A stretch of 64,000 nt of DNA. Source: Nitrospirota bacterium (GTDB lineage Bacteria; Nitrospirota; UBA9217). The notes below the pieces were generated by a model. The model saw nothing but the letters and a program-made list of their open reading frames with translations. It made no database searches and was not told where the DNA came from. The translations under genes and the position numbers were made by a program. Positions 42,292-51,865 of this stretch are shown piece after piece (position 1 is the first letter of the stretch; every line of letters starts with the position of its first letter). The DNA is taken from contig CAWCKW010000012.1 of assembly GCA_963796285.1 (NCBI GenBank), positions 1,440,001 to 1,504,000 of the forward strand, written 5' to 3'.

Positions 42292-43815
42292 TCACAGATC
42301 CGGATTTTCTGCCATAACTACATTGCATGCTGCACACACCAAACTAAGAGGGAACCAGAACATCCTTGCAGCATAGGAATAGAAATCGTAATCTATGAGA
42401 CCATGAACACCCACTTCCGCAACAAATGCCACCACCGTTGCCAAGAAAATGTAGTAACTCGGTGTTCTCTTTGCGTGATTTAAATACCGTGTAAAATTGA
42501 TAAACAGCAGTATTGCCAATAGTATAAAAATAAGAGCGCCCATGAGACCAAGATCGAAAAAGAACGACAGGGGGACGCTATGGGTATAAATAGCTCCTGC
42601 ATAGGTGATAAAACCTCCCACGCCCAGCCCCAGAATTAGTTTATACGGGTGATTGAGCATCTCCTTAAAAGCCTTCTTCCACCATTTTACTCTCGAGGAC
42701 AATCCCCCCGTATCTGTCGACGTACTCGTCGTGCTCGATATGTTTTTTGTGTCAGTGAAATACAGCTCCCCCGTGTACCCAAAACCTACGAGGATCCTGT
42801 CGATATAGGCAGGTTTTGCTATAAGGATCGTGATGATGAGCAACAAAATTGTGAGAAAGGAATGCTTCAACATTTTATTCTTGCTGGCTGGATGTATGCT
42901 GAAGAGCAGGACGAGACCGGCGATAAATCCAATTAATGAGCCCCTGGAGGAGGTCTCTATCATTGCCACAGTCTGATATATCATAAGAAGAAACAGCAAA
43001 GTTTTTCTTGCTGGTCCTTTGGAAGTCATGAAAATGCCCATGGTTATAAAAATACTCGACACCAGAAGACCGCCTTCAAAGTCAGGGCCGCCTAACCCGG
43101 CGAGCCTGCTGGACATCTTCCCAAAATTCATGTCAAGAGAGAGGTGTGTCGATAGCCAGACGGAATAGGTATATGAATACCAATTTGATAAAATGACTCC
43201 CGTGGCGGTGATAAAGCCCATCCCGGTCCAGGCGATCGCTGCTCTCCGCAAAGCCACTGCATCAATAATCACAGCTCGCGTGAGAAAAAAAGCCGAAAAA
43301 TTCAATATGAGCGAAAGAGCCAGATAAAAGGCGAGGTCAAAATGCGGTGCCCACAAAAGACTGATCACCATATATGCTGCCATGAAAAGCAAAAGACCGC
43401 CGATCGGCATGGTCTTGCCGTATTCTTCACTGTTCCACGTTCTCGATACAAGCCATACAACGAGGATCATACACAGGAGGAGGGCATAAGGAAAGATCCA
43501 CACCTGATATCCGGAAATATTCTCGCCCACGCCAAGAGTGAGATGTGTCCTGTCGATAGGTAAAATCAGTATCATGAGATAATAGCCATATCGATAATTT
43601 CTGAATAACACGATGATGAACAGGAATAGAGCCAGCGATGTCCAAAAGAGATAGCCAGGCATGGCGAGATAACTCAGGCCCAATAAAATACCGGCCGTCC
43701 AGCTTAGAATAAGCGGCAAATTAAATAAGGCACTACCCAGCCTGGGTTTGTCCTGCAGATGAAAAAACATAAGTTTTCCGATTAATTCACAGTTGTCAAC
43801 GGCATGGCCGAACAC
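42292..43815 (-). CDS. Wzy polymerase / O-antigen ligase family protein
   Basis: Multi-TM; RLAGLGG, TSSRGSLIG, SRVKWW, HPYKLILGLGVG, HSVPL. Confidence 0.8.
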   Translation of the reverse strand: MFGHAVDNCELIGKLMFFHLQDKPRLGSALFNLPLILSWTAGILLGLSYLAMPGYLFWTSLALFLFIIVLFRNYRYGYYLMILILPIDRTHLTLGVGENISGYQVWIFPYALLLCMILVVWLVSRTWNSEEYGKTMPIGGLLLFMAAYMVISLLWAPHFDLAFYLALSLILNFSAFFLTRAVIIDAVALRRAAIAWTGMGFITATGVILSNWYSYTYSVWLSTHLSLDMNFGKMSSRLAGLGGPDFEGGLLVSSIFITMGIFMTSKGPARKTLLFLLMIYQTVAMIETSSRGSLIGFIAGLVLLFSIHPASKNKMLKHSFLTILLLIITILIAKPAYIDRILVGFGYTGELYFTDTKNISSTTSTSTDTGGLSSRVKWWKKAFKEMLNHPYKLILGLGVGGFITYAGAIYTHSVPLSFFFDLGLMGALIFILLAILLFINFTRYLNHAKRTPSYYIFLATVVAFVAEVGVHGLIDYDFYSYAARMFWFPLSLVCAACNVVMAENPDL

Positions 43816-43907
43816 ATTGTTTAGCCACTCTTACTCGTCTTCCGGTTAAGCCCGGCAAACTGCCTGCGTCTCTTTGGATCTGTACGTCGTTCATCAAAGG
43901 GGCCCGT

Positions 43908-45968
43908 CTATGCGCGGTAATATTTATAGTAGTACAAATGGGATCCTTCACGACCTGCCACCTTGTTCAGGACGACCCCCACCGAATTAATATTTGCTTT
44001 TTGAAGTGCTTCCTCCGTATCCAAATATAGCTGCCTGGTTGTCCTTCCACTCTCGACAACAACAATCGCGCCGTCTGACGCGCTGCCCAGGATAAGCGCA
44101 TCGGCCGCAGCGAAAACAGGCGGGCTATCCACGATAACAAGGTCGTAGACGTTCTTCATGTCTTCCAACAATTCGTGCATCTTCCTGGATTCGACCAATT
44201 TAGCGGGGTCCAGCGGAACAGGGCCTGTCGTAATGACGCTCAATCCCTCTATGCGGGTCTGCCGCAGAATGCTTTGGAGCGATGCGTCTCCGACCAGGTA
44301 GCTGGTAAGACCCGTTCCATTATCCAGGCCAAACAACGAGTGCATGCTCGGCCTTCTCATGTCACCATCGATTATCAGCACTCTTTTCCCTTCGTTGACC
44401 GACGATATCGCGATATTGGAAACTATAAAACTTCTTCCTTCACCCTGAATGGAACTCGTCACAAGAAGGATTTTCACGGGCCTGTCCAGAGTTGCAAATC
44501 GTATATTGTTGCGGATGGTCCTGAATATTTCTCGCAGAGGTGATCTCGGGTCCATTTCATCGATCAGGCGCGGTTCCTTTTTTCGTAATTTAACAATCCT
44601 GCCGAGAAAGGTCACGGCCTTGTCCGATTTAAGGTCATCTGCGGTCTTTATCGTGTTATCCATATATTCAACGAGGAGGCCCGCACCAATTCCAAATACC
44701 ATGCCCAAGCAAACAGCGATGAGGGAGTTAAGCCCGACCCTCGGGTTCTTATGCCTTGAATCATCTATCTCGGGAGTCTTAGCGGTTTCGACAATATATA
44801 TATTTGCAAGGGCGGCCGATTCCGCTATCCCCACCTGATATTTGTAATTGAGGAGCGAGTTATATAAATTCTGGGTAACGGTTACGGTAAGACTAAGCTG
44901 GGCATACTCATAACTCTTTTCAGGTAAATTCATCAATATTTTATCATCAAGACTGACGATATCCCTGGATAATGCGCTATCCCCTGTATTGTGTTCAGTG
45001 AGTCCATCCACGTTCACGGCCTTACTGGCAAGATCTCTTACTGCCGGGTCAGCGTTTACCGTTGCTGAACCAAAGATCGTATCAATCTTGTGTTGGATCA
45101 TTTTTTTTGTCTGCTCGATCTTGTTTTGAATATCAATGACCGCAGGATGGTTTGGACTAAATTTTGTCTTTGTTTCCGCCAATGAAAGGTAAAGATCTCT
45201 CTGGGCAATTTTGAGATCAGAAATCTCTTTTATTGCTTCGGCTACCTCCTGATCAAGGTTCACGGTCTTATTTCTCTTTTTGTACTCCTTTAACGCCCGC
45301 AGAGCTTGAACATATTCGTTCCTGTAGGTCTTGATGTTATTCTGGAGATATTCCTTTGCGCCTTTGAAATCCTGACTGACCCTCTTGACTTCATTCTCTA
45401 CAAATGCTTTTGCCATGGCGTTGGAAATGCTGCTCGCTTGCTGGGGGTCCGTGGCTATCGCCTCAAAGGTAATAATATCCGTCGTTTCATACTGCTCTAC
45501 ACCCACATACGGCCTTGGAAATATAAACGAGACCAACGATCTCTTTACCAGGTCCTCTGCCTTCACGACCTGCACCGTATCTTCGACATGTACTCCGAAA
45601 AACCTGAATATCGGTTTTAAAAAAGGGAGCTTTCTCATCAAAACTGCACGTATCCGCTCCCGCGTTACATGCTCCTTTTCGATAACCTTATCCACAACAG
45701 GGCTGACCACGGCAAGGGCAAGATAGTCCGCCCTGTCTGTGTCAGAATACGATAATGATGCAGAAGTAGCACTGACGCCTTGCATCCCGAGACCTGCAAG
45801 AAGGGTGGAAGAGGCGGTCGATCTTTGAAGAAATATCTTTGCGGTCGCATCATACCAGGGTTGTATGAGCAAGGAACCGACAACTATTGTCAAAAATATT
45901 GCCAGAAACGTATTTATGATTATCCATTTCCGTCTCCTTAATATCTCAAGAATCTGTCTGAGTTCCAT
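43908..45968 (-). CDS. wzc: Wzc polysaccharide co-polymerase / BY-kinase
   Basis: LRRRKW, two TMs, IRNNI, Walker A GEGRS, DGDMRRP, VDSPP, C-terminal YYYKYY. Confidence 0.9.
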   Translation of the reverse strand: MELRQILEILRRRKWIIINTFLAIFLTIVVGSLLIQPWYDATAKIFLQRSTASSTLLAGLGMQGVSATSASLSYSDTDRADYLALAVVSPVVDKVIEKEHVTRERIRAVLMRKLPFLKPIFRFFGVHVEDTVQVVKAEDLVKRSLVSFIFPRPYVGVEQYETTDIITFEAIATDPQQASSISNAMAKAFVENEVKRVSQDFKGAKEYLQNNIKTYRNEYVQALRALKEYKKRNKTVNLDQEVAEAIKEISDLKIAQRDLYLSLAETKTKFSPNHPAVIDIQNKIEQTKKMIQHKIDTIFGSATVNADPAVRDLASKAVNVDGLTEHNTGDSALSRDIVSLDDKILMNLPEKSYEYAQLSLTVTVTQNLYNSLLNYKYQVGIAESAALANIYIVETAKTPEIDDSRHKNPRVGLNSLIAVCLGMVFGIGAGLLVEYMDNTIKTADDLKSDKAVTFLGRIVKLRKKEPRLIDEMDPRSPLREIFRTIRNNIRFATLDRPVKILLVTSSIQGEGRSFIVSNIAISSVNEGKRVLIIDGDMRRPSMHSLFGLDNGTGLTSYLVGDASLQSILRQTRIEGLSVITTGPVPLDPAKLVESRKMHELLEDMKNVYDLVIVDSPPVFAAADALILGSASDGAIVVVESGRTTRQLYLDTEEALQKANINSVGVVLNKVAGREGSHLYYYKYYRA

Positions 45969-46135
45969 GATTTATGCACCTTTCAATTAATGATGAATAA
46001 TATCGTGACGGGAATAGCATCATTGCAGGTGAAACAACGCCATCTTCCTGTCTCTTGTCGTTTCTGAAGAAAAACAATCGCGGAACTCTTCAGCATGATA
46101 AAGTGAAAGAAGACTTTTTACACCAACAGGTATCG

Positions 46136-46909
46136 TTACTTTGCAGGTAGCGAAACGGATGTTGATGATGCCTTGCCATTTAATACGTTTATCGCCTGCT
46201 TAGAAAGTACGATACCAGCCTCGGTCAACACGATCGGGCTGAGAATATTCCCTATATACGTCATAAAACGCGCTATATCTGCAATTTTCTTCGTAGGGAC
46301 ATAGACGACATCGTTCCTTTGGAGCGGCTTGTTCTGTGAGAAACTGCCCCCCGCTAAAGCCGTATCCATATCAAGGGATTGTGTTTCAACTTTTCCTGAA
46401 ACGTTTCTCAGGAGGATAACATTGCTCATTTTAGCATCCGTAGTCCATCCGCCGGCCTTGGCTACCGCATCCATGATGGTCAATTCCGTATCAAGCATGT
46501 AAACGCCCGGGGTCCTTACTTCGCCCAGCACAACGATCTTACTACTTTGAATAGTCGTTACTGAAATCGTAATCTGCGGATCCACCAAATACTTCGAGAA
46601 GCGCACTTTCAGCTCCTCCCGAAATGCGGAAATACTCTTTCCGGCGGCCTGGACCTCACCGATCAGAGGGAACATGATCGTACCCGAAGGACTTATCTTC
46701 GTCGATGTTTTCAGGTCGTCGTTCCTGTAAACGGAAATATCAAGCGAATCGCCTATGCCAAGGATATACTCAGACACCTTGGGCTGGGCCTGCGCTTGCA
46801 CATCGTCAGCAGGGATGTCCGAGACCTTTACGCCTGTTGAAGCACACCCGACAAACAGGAGCGGAACTATTAACAAAACAACGATGAAACCGTTTATCAT
46901 CCTGAACAT
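46136..46909 (-). CDS. wza: Wza polysaccharide export lipoprotein
   Basis: LFVGC lipobox; YILGIGDSL, GTIMFPLIGEV, VLGEVRTPG, DVVYVP. Confidence 0.9.
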   Translation of the reverse strand: MFRMINGFIVVLLIVPLLFVGCASTGVKVSDIPADDVQAQAQPKVSEYILGIGDSLDISVYRNDDLKTSTKISPSGTIMFPLIGEVQAAGKSISAFREELKVRFSKYLVDPQITISVTTIQSSKIVVLGEVRTPGVYMLDTELTIMDAVAKAGGWTTDAKMSNVILLRNVSGKVETQSLDMDTALAGGSFSQNKPLQRNDVVYVPTKKIADIARFMTYIGNILSPIVLTEAGIVLSKQAINVLNGKASSTSVSLPAK

Positions 46910-46997
46910 TGTATGAGATCTCCTTTTAAAAAAGCCCGGCAACCCAGACAGAAGAACATCATGCCGATTTCCGGGTGCGGGCCGCACTGTTACCTGT

Positions 46998-48158
46998 TCA
47001 ACGCATGTCGATCAGGATCTTGGCATCAGTCCTGTTCGCCGATAAAGCAAAGCCTTCCAATATCCTGTCAAAGGGGAAAACGGAAGTCACCATTTCTCTC
47101 ACCGCGTTAAGCCTTCCCCCCTGCAGCAGGCGGATGATTTCGTGGTAGATTCCATAGCCGGAATGCCCCCTCGCTCCTATGATGGAATGAGCGCCGGAAA
47201 CAATGCGGTTCAGATCCACATGCACTGATGCGTCTACTCTTCCCAAATAAATTATCTTGCCCTGTTTCGCGCAGAGTTTTTGCAGAAGAGGGATTGTCTT
47301 ATGGGCGGCGCCTGCCGCTTCCACCTGGATATCGGCTCCCCATCCCGACGTTATTTCCATGATTACTTCTTCCAGCGTATCTTCGTTGTCAAAATTGAAA
47401 ACATGGTCCGCGCCTAATTCCTTCGCGATCCTGAGTCGTTCATCGACCACATCAACGACAATGATCTTTGCTGCGCCGGCGATCTTTAAGAGGAGGACTG
47501 CACCCAGTCCTATCGGACCCGCACCATAAACGATAGCGTTTGAGCCTGGTAAAAATCCACCGCCAGCGATAAAAATACCGTTATATGCACAACCGATGGG
47601 CTCAATCAGGGTGCCAACCTTGAATATATCATCCCGCTCGAACTGCTCTTCGAGGCTGTCAAGCTTCCAGCAATATTTCGCCTTGATGGATATAAAATCG
47701 GCAAACGCGCCGTTTGAAGTAAGCCCCATTAATTCCACCTGTTCGCATTGATTCAACATCCCGCTTCGACAGGGACGGCATTTCCCACACCACATGATGC
47801 TTTCGCTCGTGATAATGTCTCTCTTTTTAAAACCCAGGACATCCCTTCCAACCTCCACTACCTCTCCGGACAACTCATGTCCGAGAATGCAGGGCAGTTT
47901 CGCCGGGCCGGAAAATATAATATAGCCATCACGATCCATCTCATGGGTATGAGTATCTGAGCCGCAGATGCCGCAGTACATTACCCGTACAAGCACTTCA
48001 TCATCGCGCATAACGGGTGTCGGCACATTTTGTATTGCTATACGGGGGTGCTGCCACACCTGGCTTCCAACAATGGCCGACCTGCTCGTGCTCTCATGAG
48101 CCGTGAGAGGATAGCCTTTCCGCGGATTCCACACAGCCTCAGCGACAAGCGCTTTCAT
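46998..48158 (-). CDS. Zn-dependent dehydrogenase, scyllo-inosose 3-dehydrogenase (IolM)-like
   Basis: CGICGSD, GHE, CGKCRPC..C, GAGPIG; N-terminal W.PR..GSQVW..P and DGYI resembling Thermotoga IolM (from recall); GHSGYG. Confidence 0.75.
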   Translation of the reverse strand: MKALVAEAVWNPRKGYPLTAHESTSRSAIVGSQVWQHPRIAIQNVPTPVMRDDEVLVRVMYCGICGSDTHTHEMDRDGYIIFSGPAKLPCILGHELSGEVVEVGRDVLGFKKRDIITSESIMWCGKCRPCRSGMLNQCEQVELMGLTSNGAFADFISIKAKYCWKLDSLEEQFERDDIFKVGTLIEPIGCAYNGIFIAGGGFLPGSNAIVYGAGPIGLGAVLLLKIAGAAKIIVVDVVDERLRIAKELGADHVFNFDNEDTLEEVIMEITSGWGADIQVEAAGAAHKTIPLLQKLCAKQGKIIYLGRVDASVHVDLNRIVSGAHSIIGARGHSGYGIYHEIIRLLQGGRLNAVREMVTSVFPFDRILEGFALSANRTDAKILIDMR

Positions 48159-49660
48159 ACATGCTCCAGCTGCAAGGCTTTTTTGTTGATCTTTCCGCTC
48201 CCGGTCTTGGGAAGGGATTCACGTATCTCCACGATCCGCGGCAGTTTATAGTGTGCGAGCCGCTCCCGGCAGAACACGAAGACCTCTTTTTCTGTCAATC
48301 GGGTCCCCTTTTTCGGAACAATGATTGCCTTGGGGATTTCGCCCCGCAGCCGTTCTTTGGCGCTAATGACGGCCGCTTCTTGTATCTGCGGATGGTCTAG
48401 GAGCACCTGCTCGATCTCGAGGGGAAACACCTTGTGCCCGGCCACTTTCATCATGCCGCGCTTTCTTTCGACAAAAAAGAAGTTTCCCTGCCGGTCCTGC
48501 CTCCCGAGGTCGCCGCTGTAGTACCAACCGTCACGGAAACACGCGGCAGTGTCTGCCTCATCCTCATAGTAACTCTGAACAACAGCAGGTCCTTTAAAAA
48601 CCATTTCACCTATTTCACCAAGCGGAAGTTCTTCCCCGCCGTCACCGACAATCTTGACCTCATAGGAAGGGCAGGGCCGCCCTGCCGAACAAGGGACCAC
48701 GTCCCGGCCCGGGCGGTTGGCGAGAGCTATTCCCGTCGTCTCCGTACTGCCCCAGACGGGGATGATAGGAACACCCAGTTTCTTCTGGAACCGTTCAATG
48801 AGGTCCAGCCGCGTGAACATGCCGCCGCTCTCCGGAATTCTCAGTGAACTAAGGTCATACGGTTTATGCTCAAGCACCTCCAGCAGGTTCTCATACATCG
48901 GAGCCAGTCCCATCATGCAGGTTACACGGTTGTCCGTAATGGCCTTTGCCAGGGATTTCGGATAGATATTTTCCAGAAGCACGAACGTTCCACCCAGATA
49001 CAGCGGCCGGGCGAAGAGTTCATGGGGATGGGCAAAAGGCGCGAACATGCATAGATGCACGTCTTCCGGCATCAGGCCGAGGGCCTCAACGGAAGCGACG
49101 GTGTTCCAGTAAATGTGAGAATGCGTCGTAACGGCCCCTTTTGAGTTCCCCGAAGAGCCCGAGGTATAATTTAGATACACGACGTCACCGACCTTGTTCT
49201 CGAGTGCAGGATCATCCGGAGTGCCCAGCTCCATCACGTCATTCCATGAAGCCCATCCATTGGCGGGATTCCCCGTAGTAATAACGGATGTCCGACGGTT
49301 CGGCGTTAATACTGTTCTCACCTGTTCTGAGAACTGTTCGGCAACAATGAGGAACCGGGGCAGAGTCCGATCGAGAACTGCCTGGATCCCCTCAGCGGCA
49401 AGTTCAAAATTGATGGGGACGGCAATCCCTCCCGCTTTGGCAACAGCAAGAAATCCGATAACCAGTTCGGGGATTCTCGGCAGCATCAAGCCGATACGAT
49501 CTCCCTTGTTCATACCAAGGTGCATCAGGCCGGTTGCCATCCGGTTCACGGTCTCGTTGAACTGCCGGTATGTCAGTTTCCTGTCGTGAAAAACGATGGC
49601 AGTCTTTTCCGGAAATGCCTTCGCATTGCGTTCCAGTAATTTTCCTAGAGTCATTCCCAT
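48155..49660 (-). CDS. Acyl-CoA synthetase / AMP-binding enzyme
   Basis: YTSGSSGNSKG, WGSTET, YSGDLG, EIE, LPKTGSGKINK. Confidence 0.9.
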   Translation of the reverse strand: MGMTLGKLLERNAKAFPEKTAIVFHDRKLTYRQFNETVNRMATGLMHLGMNKGDRIGLMLPRIPELVIGFLAVAKAGGIAVPINFELAAEGIQAVLDRTLPRFLIVAEQFSEQVRTVLTPNRRTSVITTGNPANGWASWNDVMELGTPDDPALENKVGDVVYLNYTSGSSGNSKGAVTTHSHIYWNTVASVEALGLMPEDVHLCMFAPFAHPHELFARPLYLGGTFVLLENIYPKSLAKAITDNRVTCMMGLAPMYENLLEVLEHKPYDLSSLRIPESGGMFTRLDLIERFQKKLGVPIIPVWGSTETTGIALANRPGRDVVPCSAGRPCPSYEVKIVGDGGEELPLGEIGEMVFKGPAVVQSYYEDEADTAACFRDGWYYSGDLGRQDRQGNFFFVERKRGMMKVAGHKVFPLEIEQVLLDHPQIQEAAVISAKERLRGEIPKAIIVPKKGTRLTEKEVFVFCRERLAHYKLPRIVEIRESLPKTGSGKINKKALQLEHV

Positions 49661-49929
49661 AATCTATTTTACGAAGTCATCCTCTCGCAGTTCACCAAAC
49701 GACTGTAATCGCATTGCAGAACACGTCCCCGTGAGATAAAGCAACAAATTATTATAAGACACCCATGCTTCTCCGCGCCTATCGTCATCGACACTATTAG
49801 GCGATGGAAGCTCCTGCCTTGATCTTTTTTGCCCATTGTTTTTTCGGGCGGAGAAGGCAAGCGGTGATCGAAAAATTGAAAAAATCATTAACGAGTTGAT
49901 GGCACTCGGATTTTTAACCTTCGTTCCCC

Positions 49930-49943
49930 CGCTAACGCCCCCC
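49930..49943 (-). promoter_or_regulatory. ops-like element in a long 5' leader
   Basis: GGGGGGCGTTAGCG versus enterobacterial ops GGGGCGGTAGCG (one mismatch), ~55 nt downstream of the -10 box. Confidence 0.35.
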
Positions 49944-49996
49944 GGTCCAATGTGAAAAGATATTCTCACCGTGATCTATGTCGAGGAAAGTAGTAG

Positions 49997-50025
49997 ATAT
50001 TACAGTTTATGATAGGTTGAGTCAA
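49997..50025 (-). promoter_or_regulatory. Sigma70 promoter for the acyl-CoA ligase-iolM-wza... operon
   Basis: TTGACT-17 nt-TAATAT. Confidence 0.55.
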
Positions 50026-50104
50026 GTGCATACGACAGAAGCAGATGTCACTATTGACGCAGCGTTCACTGCCCGCGAACTCCCCGAACTTATCACCATT
50101 CGCG

Positions 50105-51865
50105 CTAATAGGCCCCCACCTTGTTAAGCACGACCTTGACCGTTCTGAACAATATTTTCAGATCTAGCCACAGAGACTGATTCATCACATAGTGGACATC
50201 ATGCCGGATCCAGTCATGGAAGTGCCCCTCGCTCCGTCCGCTCACTTGCCACAACCCTGTCATCCCCGGCTTCACCCGCAGCCTGATCTCACGCCAGCTC
50301 GGGCTGCACTTCATCTCATCCATGACAAGGGGCCGCGGACCCACCAGGCTCATCTCGCCGATAAGTACATTGATGAGCTGCGGGAGTTCGTCGAGACTGG
50401 TCCGCCGCAGAAATGCCCCGACTCGAGTGGTCCGCGGATCGGCAGCGAGCTTGAACATGGGGCCATCGATATCTTTGCGCGGTGCCAATGTATCTTGCTG
50501 GCTCTCCGCACCCTGGACCATGGTCCTGAACTTGAGCATTCTGAAATCGTACCCGCCTTTACCGCATCGTTTCTGCCGGAATAAAACAGGGCCTGGCGAA
50601 TCCAGTTTGACAGCCAACGCTATAATAAGGAGAACCGGCAGCATTGTTACAAAACCGACAGCAGAAATCGTTATGTCCATGAGCCTCTTCAGGAACAGAT
50701 ACCAGGGGCGTTTCTGGCCAAGCAATAGAGACGGGTTCAGCGAAGTTATCCCGTAAAACACATGGTCCGAGGCCATGAGACTGGCATCTTCAGCCTCGGC
50801 CTCGTCAACAATAACGGTACTGGAAAAGGACTCCCCTGAAGTGACGCGCAGCCCTTCCACGATGATGCTGAATTGTGCCCGTGAGCCGCTTTCCATTACC
50901 ACCTCGTCCCAGAGAATGCTTTCTCTCACGACCGCCCCTGTCTCTATTGCGCATCGCTGGCCGATAACAGCGGGACCGATTATCTGCGTATTGGGCTCGA
51001 TAGAGCTGTTGCTGCCGATGACAACAGGGCCGATCAAATAAGCCGCCGGCGATATCGTTACATTTTCCCCGACCCATATCCCGTCGGCGATCATCGTCAT
51101 ATCTTCGTGAAAAACATGTTCAGGATGTTTAAGAAGAAGTGTGCGTTGCAGATCAAAATAATTTTTCACCGTATGAAGCGCCTTGCAGAATTGCTTCGTT
51201 TCATAGGCATACACAGGGAGAGAGGCCTGACGCAGGGCTGGCACAAGCTGCTCTTTAATATCAAAATATGACCGGGCGCCGATATAGTCAAGTGCACGGG
51301 GGCTGAAAACATACACGCCGATGGTTTCAATGGAGGAACGCCGTCGGGATGGATGAATGCGCATAATATCTTCAACCATGCCGTCATCAGAACAGCGGAT
51401 CCCTTCGAGTGAGATCTGCCGCGTCCGTTGGACCGCAATGGTGAGGATGGATTTCTTCTTGACATGAAAGTCCATGAAGGCATCGAGATCGATGTCCCCC
51501 AGAAAGCAACTGCCGCTGACCACCAGAAAGGGTTCATCTCCGATCTGTTCCCGAAGGTCCAGGAGAATTCCTGCCGCACCTCGCGGCAGATCATCTTCAA
51601 CATACTGCACCCGGGGAAAGGTGATCGTGTTATTGGAGAAATAATTATTACAAAAAGGACTGTAGTCGCCCCGGGAGCCCGCGATGACGATGTCCGTCAT
51701 TCCGCCTTTTTGCAAGCGCGAGATCGTGTGCTCGATAAGCGGCCTGTTGAGGATCGGAACCATGGCCGCAGGTCTGTATTTCGTCAGGGGAGTTAACGAT
51801 GTACCCTGTCCGCCGATAAGCAAAACCGCTTTAGTGACCCTTATTCCTGTTCCGACTGAGACCAT
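50105..51865 (-). CDS. Fusion: degenerate NDP-sugar pyrophosphorylase + LbH domain + priming phosphoglycosyltransferase (WcaJ/WbaP C-terminal type)
   Basis: GGQGTSL.PLT; hexapeptide repeats GENVTISP..IGPVVIG; KRLMD, DSPGPV, KFRTM, DPRTTRVG, SLDELPQL, SLVGPRP, KPGMTGLWQV. Confidence 0.85.
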   Translation of the reverse strand: MVSVGTGIRVTKAVLLIGGQGTSLTPLTKYRPAAMVPILNRPLIEHTISRLQKGGMTDIVIAGSRGDYSPFCNNYFSNNTITFPRVQYVEDDLPRGAAGILLDLREQIGDEPFLVVSGSCFLGDIDLDAFMDFHVKKKSILTIAVQRTRQISLEGIRCSDDGMVEDIMRIHPSRRRSSIETIGVYVFSPRALDYIGARSYFDIKEQLVPALRQASLPVYAYETKQFCKALHTVKNYFDLQRTLLLKHPEHVFHEDMTMIADGIWVGENVTISPAAYLIGPVVIGSNSSIEPNTQIIGPAVIGQRCAIETGAVVRESILWDEVVMESGSRAQFSIIVEGLRVTSGESFSSTVIVDEAEAEDASLMASDHVFYGITSLNPSLLLGQKRPWYLFLKRLMDITISAVGFVTMLPVLLIIALAVKLDSPGPVLFRQKRCGKGGYDFRMLKFRTMVQGAESQQDTLAPRKDIDGPMFKLAADPRTTRVGAFLRRTSLDELPQLINVLIGEMSLVGPRPLVMDEMKCSPSWREIRLRVKPGMTGLWQVSGRSEGHFHDWIRHDVHYVMNQSLWLDLKILFRTVKVVLNKVGAY

